Origin: Nemertoderma westbladi
Taxonomy: Eukaryota > Animalia > Xenacoelomorpha
Assembly (NCBI GenBank): GCA_032718475.1
Contig: JAUCBJ010002869.1
Coordinates: 1-35,084, forward strand
Direction: 5' to 3'
DNA: 35,084 nucleotides
A program made the translations under genes and the position numbers. A model generated the notes under the pieces. It saw nothing but the letters and a program-made list of their open reading frames with translations, ran no database searches and had not been told where the DNA came from. Below, piece by piece: positions 13,914-23,352 of the stretch; within the stretch, counting starts at the first letter, position 1, and every line of letters starts with the position of its first letter.

Positions 13914-14978
13914 TTCCCTCTTCTCCCATACCGGCCTCCCTCTTCCCATACATGTTCCCACTCCCATACCTGATGACTCCCTTTCTCCCATACCCGCTCC
14001 CCATTCCCTTTTACCCCCTGCATATACTTCTCCCACACCTGTCCCAAATCCCCTTCTTCCACACCTGCCCCATATCCCTTCTCACACACATGCTTCCCAC
14101 TCCCTGTTTTACCTTTCATCTTCCTCTTCTCCCATATCTGGTCCCCAATCCCTGTTTACCACCCCCATCCCTTGCCTCTCCTTCTCCCACACCAGCCCTC
14201 TCTCCCCTTCTACTACACCCCCCTTCTCCCACACCCCCTTTTCCCACACCCCCTTTCTCCCACACCTGCCCCCTCTCCCGTCTCCCACGCCAGCTCCCCA
14301 CTCCCTGTTTTACCTTTCCTCTCACCCTTCTCCCAACCCCCCCCCCTTATCCCACACCTGCCCCGCTCTCCCCCACCTCCCCTTCTCCCACACCTGCCCC
14401 CCCCCACCCCCGTCTACCACGCCTGCCCCCCACTCCCTGTGTTACCTTTCTTTCCTCTCCCTTCTCCCACACCTGCCCTACTATCTCCCCTTCTCCCACA
14501 CCCTCCTTCTCCCACACCTGCCCTAGTGCCCTCTCTCCCCTTCTCCCACACCCCCATTATCCCACACATGTCCCCTCTCTCCTTCTCCCACACCTGCTCC
14601 CCACTCAGTTTTACCTTTCCTCTCCCCCTTCTCCCACACCTGGCCTCACTCCCCTTCTCCTATAACCCCTTCTCCCACACCCCCCTTCTCCCACACCTGT
14701 CCCATGCCCGTCTCCCACACCTGCCCTCTCTCCCCTTCTCCCACCTCCACCCCCCCCCCCCCTTCTCCCACACCTTCCCCCTCTCCCCACACCTCCCCTT
14801 CTCCCACACCTGCCCCCACCCCCTTCACCCCACCTGCTCCCCACCCCCTTCTCCCCGCCTGCTCCCCACTCCGTTTTAAATTTCCTCTCCCCCTTCTCCC
14901 ACACCGGCCCCCACGCCCCTTCTCCCACACCTGTCCCCACCCCCTTCTCCCACACCTGCTCCCCACTCCCTGTTTTAC
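13914..14978. repeat. Degenerate C-rich (G-rich on minus) repeat in the putative intron, motif CCCCTTCTCCCACACCTGC with periodic CTCCCTGTTTTACCTTTCCTCTC
   Basis: Many imperfect copies of TTCTCCCACACC. Longer unit recurs near 14100, 14300, 14430, 14600, 14870 and 14965. Confidence 0.9.
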
Positions 14979-15473
14979 CTTTCCTCTCCCCCTTCTCCCA
15001 GACTTGCTCCCAGGCGATGCCGAAGCTGACGTATCAGACTTCGACTCCGATCGCTGGTGCATTATCTCCAGGGTTTTTTCTAAGCGTTTATTCTTCTCGG
15101 TCTGTAACTTTGCACGAAGCGACTCTACCCTATCCGAACTGCTATCTTCAAGAGCTTTAAGGTCATCCACGTTGAGAGTAGTGCCCAGACTTTGGAACAT
15201 GACGTCGCTTCTCTGCTGTTCCTTCTCCAACTGGGTTCGGAAGAACTCCATACGAGAGATGACCCTGGCCTTGGCCTGAGACGGGTCTTTGGGAAGGGGG
15301 TAGCGGAAGATGCGGAAGGGCAGAACGTCGTGTTCTCGACAGTCGTCAAGATAAACTAAGTCTGAGTCGATCTTCACCATATGGAGAAGGGAATCGATGT
15401 AAGCTTTGACGAGGACCAAGGTACGGTGCTCGTAGTTATCTCCAATGTTATCGAAAACTTCCGAAATGGTCAT
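14979..15473 (-). CDS. Putative coding exon 1 (165 aa, MTISEVFDNIG...SGRRGRGK); helical protein resembling the N-terminal domain of Penelope-like elements
   Basis: Non-repetitive open frame within ORF 14646..15524. ATG at 15473 in aaaaagATGA context. Donor AAG|GTAAAA at 14979/14978 is phase 0, matching the phase-0 acceptor at 13661. KIDSDLVYLDDCREHDVLP recalls the K..LD..FL..C....V.P pattern of PLE N-termini (recognised from memory, not searched). Confidence 0.7.
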
Positions 15474-15503
15474 CTTTTTACAGTTGGATTGGATTGTGTA
15501 CGC

Positions 15504-15606
15504 CTGTTTATAATATAGTTTCAATTTCTATCACTAGCTTAGTAGCTTGTATACCGGTACCGGTAATAAATCAGAACTGACGTTCAGAAGGACAGAAGAA
15601 ACTTAC
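15504..15606 (-). other. Possible 103-nt 5'UTR intron of the same gene
   Basis: GTAAGT at 15606-15601, TACTAAG branch-like motif at ~15540 and ttataaacAG ending at 15504. The upstream frame contains a stop, so the upstream exon would be UTR. Confidence 0.35.
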
Positions 15607-16206
15607 TTTTATAGAAACTTATATTTTATGACCATTACTTTTACAGATGAATGTGTGAGGTAACCATGGAAAAAGGAAAATAAAATAATTAAAGTAGGCC
15701 TATCTATCAATAAAAATAAAAAATCACTGCACTAACTAGGCCTACACAATAATGCATACACAATACTATTAGATAGGCATCGCAGGGCCACTGACGATCT
15801 ATTATTAACGAGGTCTGCTCTGCTTCTGCACATACACGCAGGACAACGCAACAATCTTAAACAGAATGCAGTTAGCCTACCAGTAGCGGACCTACTGAAA
15901 TTATACGGTATAGCGATATAACCGGTCGAGCTTATAGTTTACAATTTTACGATAGGCCTACCGCAATATTTGGCTTGGCCTATAAACAGAAACTCTAATC
16001 ATACATTTGGCCTATAAACACTATTACGTATTTCAAATTGACAAATAAACATAATACTGCACAAAGTGCACAAACACAAATGCAGACTGTAAAACTGAAA
16101 CCAATTCAGTATACAGTCTGACAGTGCTGTATAGATATTATAGATGGTCGCTGCAGGTACCCCGATCAGAGATCAGACTGTACGCAATACGCGGGCATTC
16201 ATATTT

Positions 16207-16310
16207 TAGACGCGTCGAGTAAGCCTACCTGTGTTAGAATATATTCTTCCTGGTATAGACGCGTCGAGTAGGCCTACAGTACTGTGTTAGAATATATTCT
16301 TCCTGGTATA
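16207..16310. repeat. Two-copy ~50-bp tandem duplication
   Basis: TAGACGCGTCGAGTA...TGTGTTAGAATATATTCTTCCTGGTATA starts at 16207 and again at 16256. Confidence 0.85.
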
Positions 16311-17607
16311 TAGTGTCGTTATTCAGGTACCTGCCCCCCCCCCCCCCCCCCCCCCCCAATTTTTCTACAAATCTTAGGCCTAATGAGACTGCATGAAATT
16401 TGAAACAGACAGTTTCACCTCTCCCCTCCTTGCTGGGTGAGCGGCGTGAGCCAGAATTTTTATTTTCTAGGAATCTAGAAAATAAATATTATATTATTAC
16501 CATTAGTAAAATACTATTAGATACGCATCTGCGATGTGTGCACATAAATAGTACTATTTGTATAACTGTAATAACATCATTCATCCGTAAAACTAATTTA
16601 GGCCATATAGTGAAAACATAATATTCTTCACATGGGCTTATCAAATTACTACTACAGGTAACACTACCACTAAATGCATGTGTTTAAAATATAATTATGT
16701 AATTAATAAAGCTGTTTCAAAATAAAAATAAGTTATATTATTTAAACAGATCGTTGTGCGTTTTCAGAAATATATAAAACGTCTTAGACAGTTAGAGGGG
16801 TTAATTTTAAAGTTTTAAATAGATCTATACTACTATTTAAGCGTAAGTGTGAAATTTGCAAATAAATATTATATAGAGTCCAGGCCACGCACAGGTGAAC
16901 AGGGATTGTGTCTGGGAGCAACCAATTTATGAGAAGGAGTTGATGTTACTGAACTACTTACTATAATACAGATTGACTTAAATACGAATAGCAATTATTA
17001 TTATACAAAGGTCAACGCCAAACAATATGACTGGCCCATTTGCTCTCACAAGCAATTATCACCACCCATAAGCTAGGGGGTGTCATAATAGGGAAGCGGA
17101 GGTTATGCATACAAAGTATATTATTAGGAAACCCAATAGCAGCATAGGAAGTGATTGAAACGCCTTTATAAAGGCATTGCATTGTATCTGCTATATTGTA
17201 GTTTATGTGGTAGAAGCTATGAACCCCCATAATATAAATATGGAATTGATGGCTGACAGTGGGTTGGCCGCCCTGACTACTTATAGAGATAATTAATAAT
17301 AATATAATACTTATTAGACGTATACCATAACACCATAACTATGCCTAAATGTGGCCATATACCTTCATTTTTCTGCATGGAATTCACCAGGGTGAAAACA
17401 TTATTTTGGACTGTTTTAAATTGCGTTTAAGTTTCTTCACGTTGCCTTTTCGTTATATTATTGGGCTCTCACAAAGCTTTAAAATATAATTCACATTTTA
17501 AATATTCCTTCTTGGAATGAAACATAGAAAAAATAAGCAGTATTAAGTCACAGGGGCTTGGCGTTAAATAAATGTAATACAATAAATACTAATATATTAT
17601 TTGCAAC

Positions 17608-17897
17608 CGGTCGAAATTTTATTGGAATTTTATATATGAGGAATTGTTATTTATTTAAATTTTATTCTTATGTAAGTGTTTTATAGCGCTTATTTCTATC
17701 TTATAACCTGTACAGATAACAGATACTTATTAGTTTATTGTTTTTGGTTGAATTAAGCTCATCTGCAACCTGCAACCTTTAGTAAAACCTTGTATACTGG
17801 TTTTCACTAAAAGCCAGGTTACAAGTGGACTGAATCTAACCAAAACAATAAACGAATTAGTATCCGTACAGGTTATATGATAGAAATAAGCGCTATA
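17608..17897. mobile_element. Palindromic MITE-like sequence (two inverted copies of the family also present at 22110-22328)
   Basis: TATAGCGCTTATTTCTATC-TTATAACCTGTAC at 17682 pairs with GTACAGGTTATA-TGATAGAAATAAGCGCTATA ending at 17897. Segment 17608-17770 is the reverse complement of ~22145-22298. Confidence 0.7.
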
Positions 17898-17953
17898 CTG
17901 TAGCACACCTGCGAATAAATATCACGTGGCAATATGAATGGGAATGCGGGAAG

Positions 17954-19599
17954 GATTGGGGGACGTTAGTGCCCGCGAGACGTTAGTGCCCGCGGGTACT
18001 AATGTCTCAGGACTTTAGTGCCCGCGAGTCATTACTGCCCGGGAACCATGTCTGCAAGTGAGATGTTAGTGCCCGCGAGTCATTAGTGCCCGAGCACCTT
18101 GTCTGCAAGTGAGATGTTAGTGCGCGCGAGTCATTAGTGCCCGCATTGTATTTGGAAGTTGAGACAGGGGGGGGGGGGGGGGGACTGGACGCAAAACCCT
18201 CTTTGGCGAATTAATATTCCGCCTCAATGTTAAATTCTCAATTTGTTGAAAGGAGCAGGTTACAGTGGCACGTTATTTTAACCTAAACAATAAACTAAAC
18301 ACAATAGAACAGGTTACAGTTTTATTTCTGAGAGTAATCAGCTGTTATTTGCGTCGAATTTCCCCCTGGAGAGGGATGAATTTTTATTGCGTCCAGTTTC
18401 CCCCCCTATCTGTGGAAGTTAGTATAAGGCAATCCGTTTTTTTTTCTTACTTATATCCCATTCAACCAAAGTCATCGACAACGGCCTCCTCCATTAACAT
18501 ACACTAATTTAAATAATTCCCCAATTTAATTAATTTCTTGAAATCATTAATTCATTATAATATATCAGAGTTAGTGCGTCCTCGGACGATTATATACTGT
18601 AGTACTGCACCTTGTTTTTTTTATTACACACTGTCTCCAGTAAAGTTAAACAAATTAAGTATACTCAATCAAAAGTAGGTTATTTATAAACAATCAAACG
18701 CTGTTGCTTAATCCTCATTCCTTGAAAACTTTACCGCAAAACCAAATAATATAAATGCTACCATGTCTAACTGAGGTTAATTTATTATTTAATCATAAAA
18801 GATCCAAGTTGAAATTAAAATGTTAAATAACGAGATGCGGGAACTAAAGACTGAAAATTTGTACCTTTGGAGTTTGAAGAAAGTAACGACTCGTTTGCAT
18901 CAGCAGAATCTAAAGAAGCGGGAAATGTCTTCCTGGCCTGTTGTATTTATTACATATACTAACTAAGTCGCTAGACGCGGGCACTAATGTCTCGCGGGCA
19001 CTAATGTCTCACGGGCACTAACGTCTCGCGGGCACTAACGTCCCATGCGAAATTAGTGCCCGCGATAATGTGACTAAGTGACCGCGGGCGCTAAAGGTAC
19101 TGAGACATTAGTGCCCGCGGGCACTAATGTCTCGCGGGCACTAACGTCCCAAGACCTGTTATCTATAAACAATCAAACGATGTTACTTAATCCTCATTCC
19201 TTGAAGACTCTACCGCAAAATCAAATAACATAAATGCTACCATTTCTAACTGAGGTTAATTTATTTTTTAATCATAAAAGATCCAAGTTGAAATTAAAAT
19301 GTTAAATAACGAGATGCGGGAACTAAAGACTGGAAATTACCTTAAAAGTTTGAAGAAAGTAACGACTCGTTTGCATCAGCAGGAACTAAAGAAGCGGGAA
19401 ATGTCTTCCTGGTCTGTTGTATTTATTACATATACTAACTAAGTCGCCAGACGCGGGCACTAATGTCTCGCGGGCACTAATGTCTCGCGGGCACTAACGT
19501 CTCGCGGGCACTGACGTCCTATGGGACATTAGTGCCCGCGATAATGCGACTAAGTGACAGCGGGCACTAATGTCTCGCGGGCACTAACGTCCCAAGACC
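17954..19599. mobile_element. Non-autonomous TIR/foldback DNA transposon with 16-bp subterminal repeats and 8-bp TSD GCGGGAAG
   Basis: Left end GGGACGTTAGTGCCCGCGAGAC repeats and right end GTCTCGCGGGCACTAACGTCCCAAGACC are inverted. GCGGGAAG at 17946-17953 and 19600-19607. An 8-bp TSD with a GG terminus fits Merlin-like elements, but the superfamily is uncertain. Confidence 0.75.
18161..18412. mobile_element. hAT-type MITE nested in the 17954-19599 element; TSD TGGAAGTT
   Basis: TIRs GAGACAGGGGG..ACTGGACGCAA / TTGCGTCCAGTTTCCCCCCCTATCTG. The 8-bp direct repeat lies at 18153-18160 and 18413-18420. Confidence 0.8.
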
Positions 19600-19669
19600 G
19601 CGGGAAGATAGGAATATAGGAATCGGTCCCTTTCACAGAGGATATGTTCTTCACTGTTAGCGAATGAAC

Positions 19670-19862
19670 TCCTGCAGTGCGCTGTTACAGACCCAGAAAT
19701 CCCCAGGCCCAGATGGAATATCTACTGAACACATTATTACTGCTTCTTATAAATTATTTATATTTTTACCGCTTCTATTTATCGCATCCATTTCTTATAA
19801 CCATGGTATCTTACCTGCAAGTATTATTCATTCCATGCTCAACCCCATAGTAAAGGATAAAT
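19670..19862 (+). pseudogene. Decayed non-LTR (CR1/L2-group-like) reverse transcriptase fragment, start of RT
   Basis: KSPGPDGISTEHI...NHGILPASIIHSMLNPIVKDK matches the K.PGPDGI..E / P.. / I.PI.K pattern preceding RT domain 1. Confidence 0.75.
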
Positions 19863-19894
19863 TATAGGCCAATCCAAGTATCCTTTTTAATCCA

Positions 19895-20100
19895 TTAAGC
19901 ATTCTTTTAATGTTGTGAACCATATTATTAAACCTTGCAAATGCACTACAAATATTTAATAAGTGTTGCAATGCAGTAGGACTAGATGCAATGAGAACCA
20001 AGTCGTCCGCATTCAATAAGCGGTTAATACATACCATATTAATGTTACAACCAACATCACAATCAGTGAATTTAATACTCGGGTTGTTTATACAAACACT
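19895..20100 (-). pseudogene. Decayed non-LTR reverse transcriptase fragment, YADD region
   Basis: VGCNINMVCINRLLNADDLVLIASSPTALQHLLNIC is a degenerate GC.I....N.L.YADDLVL.A.S...LQ.LL. Confidence 0.8.
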
Positions 20101-20481
20101 TTGAATAAACCAGGAGATATATTACTGCTCTGCCGCATCCGAAGCAGGACTTTATCGACCCTGGAACTTTATCGCCCCTATAAATTGCATTTTTATTGGG
20201 AACTTATCGCCCCCTGTTCTGAGTTTTTAGGAACTTATCGCCCCTGGGACTTTATCGCCCCCGAGTCTTTATCGCCCCTGGTCCTTTATCGCCCCTGTCA
20301 TTATATATACATGATACTTTCCACCAACTTTCTCATACTTCTTCTAAGTCACATACTTTACTGAAGTTATAGTTATAGTTTACATTTATATTTGTACTCA
20401 AATAGTTTCAGTTAGAGGAGACCTACATTCTACAATTATAAATTATATTATTCATATTTTCATACTCAATTCATAGACTAA

Positions 20482-20554
20482 GCAGCAGCTTGAGTTAGTG
20501 TTAACAATCGGGCTTCCATTCTGGAGGCTCCAGGTTCGATCCCTGGACGACGCA
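20482..20554 (+). pseudogene. tRNA-Gly(TCC)-like SINE head / tRNA pseudogene
   Basis: Anticodon loop CTTCCAT, intact T-arm CCAGG-TTCGATC-CCTGG and 3' end ACGACGCA followed by T8. The acceptor and D stems are degenerate. Confidence 0.65.
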
Positions 20555-20652
20555 TTTTTTTTACTGTTTTGGTACGGGACTTTAAATGCTGCAGACTAGC
20601 TCTGTCCAGGTTTTCATCCCTTTCTGGTCGATAAATGAGAACCATGGTAACT

Positions 20653-21445
20653 TGGAAAACAGAGTGTAAGGGTTTACTGTGGAAGATCACCCACTGTGGA
20701 GAACAGGCATTCCGTTGGGAAACAGAGTGGAAGGGCTTACTGTGAAAGATCACCCATGGTGGTGGGTGAACATGCATTCCTTTGGGAAACAGTGTGGAAG
20801 GGTTTACTGTGGAAGATCACCCGCTTTGGAGAACATGCATTCCTTTGGGAAACAGAGTGGAAGGGCTTACTGTGAAAGATCACCCATGGCGATGGGTGAA
20901 CATGCATTCCTTTAGGAAACAGAGTGGAAGGGTTTACTGTGGAAGATCACCCATGGTGGTGAACAGGCATTCCTGTAGGAAACAGAGTGTAAGGGTTTAC
21001 TGTGGAAGATCACCCACGGTGGTGAACAGTCATTCCTTCAGGAAACGTGGTGGAATGGTTTACTGTGGAAGATCACCCATGGTGGTGAACAGGCATTCCT
21101 TTTAGGAAACAGAGTGGAAGGGTTTGTGGAAGATCACCCATGGTGGTGAACAAAACGTGGTGGAATGGTTTACCGTGGAAGATCACCCATGGTGGTGAAC
21201 AGGCATTCCTTTGGGAAACAGTGGAACCGGAAGGGTTTACTGTGGAGGATCACCCAAGGTGGTGAACAGGCATTCCTTTAGGAAACAGGGTGGGAGGGTT
21301 TATTGTGGAAGATCACCCACTGTGGAGAACAGGCATTCTTTGGGAAACAGAGTGGAAGAGTTTAATGTGGAAGATCACCCATGGTGGTGAACAGGCATTC
21401 CTTTGGGAAACAGAGTGGAATGGTTTAATGTGGAAGATCACCCTT
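20653..21445. repeat. ~63-66-bp tandem repeat, ~13 copies (GGAAACAGAGTGGAAGGGTTTACTGTGGAAGATCACCCATGGTGGTGAACAGGCATTCCTTT)
   Basis: G(G/A)AAGATCACCC recurs at ~64-bp spacing from 20681 to ~21432. Confidence 0.95.
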
Positions 21446-21924
21446 GACGGCGTACACGTACAGGCATTCACTAGCTTACTGAGCCTAAATGTTACTATTT
21501 TAATCAACTCGAATTATTTTAACGTATTTTTTGCACTAGACCTTTGTACATACTATTCAAATTTTACCTATGCCAGTATACATGCAGTTTAATTATTAAT
21601 GATTTTAAAATACTCTATTTTTAACATATTTTATACCATATTGTTTTTATTTATAACATTTGTAGGCCTACTTAGGCAATTCAATGTATGTCCTGTGGCT
21701 CGTAATTTAACTACAGTATATGGATACAGTCTCTTGTGACACTAATAAACAATACCAATACCAATACCTACTCCCATTCAAAATTCATATTGTCACAGTG
21801 GGGATAAGTTACCAGGAGCGATAAAGACCCAGGGGCGAAAAAACCCGGGGGCGATATGTTCCCAAGGGGCGATAAAGGACCATTTGAGGGGCGATAAGTT
21901 CCCAGGGGGCGATAAGGGCCAGGT

Positions 21925-22053
21925 GGTTAAAATAATGTGCCACTGTAACCTGCTCTTTTCCCTAAATTGAGAAATTAACATTGAGGCGGAGATGGGATTT
22001 CGCCAAGATGGGATTTGAGTTAAGTCCCCCCCCCCCCCCCCCCCCCCTGTCTG
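21925..22053 (-). mobile_element. Partial copy (left end) of the hAT MITE at 18161
   Basis: The reverse complement reads CAGACAG(G)n-ACT...CCGCCTCAATGTTAA...GAGCAGGTTACAGTGGCAC.TTATTTTAACC, matching 18161-18283. Confidence 0.8.
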
Positions 22054-22055
22054 GC

Positions 22056-22328
22056 CCATGTGAAGAATACCAGACTTCTGCCGTTATATTTATCTTTGCA
22101 GTAGTACCCCCATGTGAAGAATACCAGGTTTTCACCAAAAACACAGGTTACAGAAGGGCTGAATCTAACCAAAACAATAAAATAATTAGTATATGTACAG
22201 GTTATAAGACAGAAATAAGCGCTATAAAACACTTAATAATGATAAATTTAAAAAAATAAAAAATCTTCATATATAAAATTATAATAAAAGGTCGACCGAT
22301 AAGTGAAATCCTGGTATTCTTCACATGG
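22056..22328. mobile_element. MITE with TIR CCATGTGAAGAATACCAGG.TTTCAC; left TIR duplicated
   Basis: TIR copies at ~22057 and 22110, with an inverted copy ending at 22328. A solo related end lies at ~16611-16636. Confidence 0.65.
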
Positions 22329-22625
22329 ACGCCATGTCTCTATGCGCGAGGCAATATGCTTATTCGCAAATTTGGTAGGTGCTCTCAACATGTTAAATTG
22401 CGGCTATTGGTTACCTATTGTGGAAATATCTACCTTAACGCCCTCTGGTCTAATCAATATTTTTCCCAACGTGTTTTTAATAATTATTCTTAATTAATAA
22501 TTAGTAATTATTATAATAATGTGGGACGATACTACTATAATCGACATACTGCATTGAACCTGCAAATTGAGATGCTATGCTGGCTTAACAAAATAATTGT
22601 TGCCATCACCATGCAATCCACAATT

Positions 22626-22671
22626 GGCATGCTCCAATACAGCGTGCATTAAAAACGATATGTCGGCTTGT
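22626..22671 (-). mobile_element. Short degenerate fragment of the RTE 3' end
   Basis: GGCATGCTCCAATACAGCGTGCATTAAAAACGATATGTCGGCTTGT aligns with GGCATGCTGCATTGCAGCTGCATTTTTAAGAATGCTGTGCCGGCTTGT at ~30399-30446. Confidence 0.5.
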
Positions 22672-23023
22672 GGGAAGGTGTGTAAGGGAATGTGGGAAGG
22701 TGTGTAAGGGAATGTGGGAAGGTGTGGAAGGGAATGTGGGAAGGTGTATAAGGGAATGTGGGAAGGTGTGTACGGGAAGGTGGGAAGGTGTGTAAGGGAA
22801 TGTGGGAAGGTGTGTAAGGGAATGTGGGAAGGTGTAAAAGGGAATGTGGGAAGGTGTGTAAGGGAATGTGGGAAGGTGTGTAAGGGAATGTGGGAAGGTG
22901 TGTGTGTAAGGGAATGTGGGAAGGTGTGTAAGGGAATGTGGGAAGGTGTGTAAGGGAATGTGGGAAGGTGTGTGTGTAAGGGAATGTGGGAAGGTGTGTA
23001 AGGGAATGTGGGAAGGTGTGTAA
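22669..23023. repeat. 22-bp G-rich satellite GGGAATGTGGGAAGGTGTGTAA, block 1 (~16 units)
   Basis: Directly visible, with occasional extra TG dinucleotides. Confidence 0.98.
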
Positions 23024-23352
23024 GTGTTGGCAAATATACCAAAGGGCTAACTTTGCAAGCTCTTTTTCCGCTATTGTGCTAACTTTTCCAAAGTGCTAAC
23101 TCAAAGTGCTAACTCGTGGTCCTTGCAATCTGAAACTTTGTCAAAACGTTTTTTAGACCATTTCCCACAAGTTAGCATTTTACCACTTTTGCAGTCCAGT
23201 GTGTCATGTGTATGAAAAACTTGGCCCCCCTTAGCGGCATTATGGGAACTGGTACTTTTCAAACACACTTAAACACTCCAAGAGTATGGAATGGCCATAA
23301 TGCTAACTTACAAACACACTTCTTACACTTACATCCATTTGTACCAACTACC

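Larger units (their letters stand above)
20482..21500 (+). mobile_element. tRNA-derived SINE (Gly-TCC-like head, MetaSINE-like central domain) with tandemly amplified 3' part
   Basis: The head has a B box GGTTCGATCCC, followed by TTTCATCCCTTTCTGGTCGATAAATGAGAACC (~20612-20643), which resembles the Meta-domain consensus TTTCATCCTTCCGAGGTCGATAAAATGAGTACC as I recall it. Confidence 0.7.
20147..21920. mobile_element. Foldback-like element with inverted arrays of (T)TATCGCCCC / GGGGCGATAA
   Basis: The array at 20147-20299 aligns with the reverse complement of 21791-21920. No TSD identified. Confidence 0.6.

Noticed and set aside
13903-15279. Pro/His/Gly-rich ORFs (extensin- or collagen-like)
   Set aside because: Translations of the C-rich low-complexity repeat, or antisense shadows of the exon-1 frame.
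15660-15675. RFX X-box-like GTAACCATGGAAA upstream of the gene
   Set aside because: Incomplete match, single occurrence, and no TSS evidence.
16334-16357. Poly-C tract
   Set aside because: Simple homopolymer of unreliable length. Similar tracts at 18167 and 22026 are part of MITE TIRs.
20482-20554. Functional tRNA-Gly gene
   Set aside because: Acceptor and D stems do not pair well, and it is followed by a SINE-type domain.
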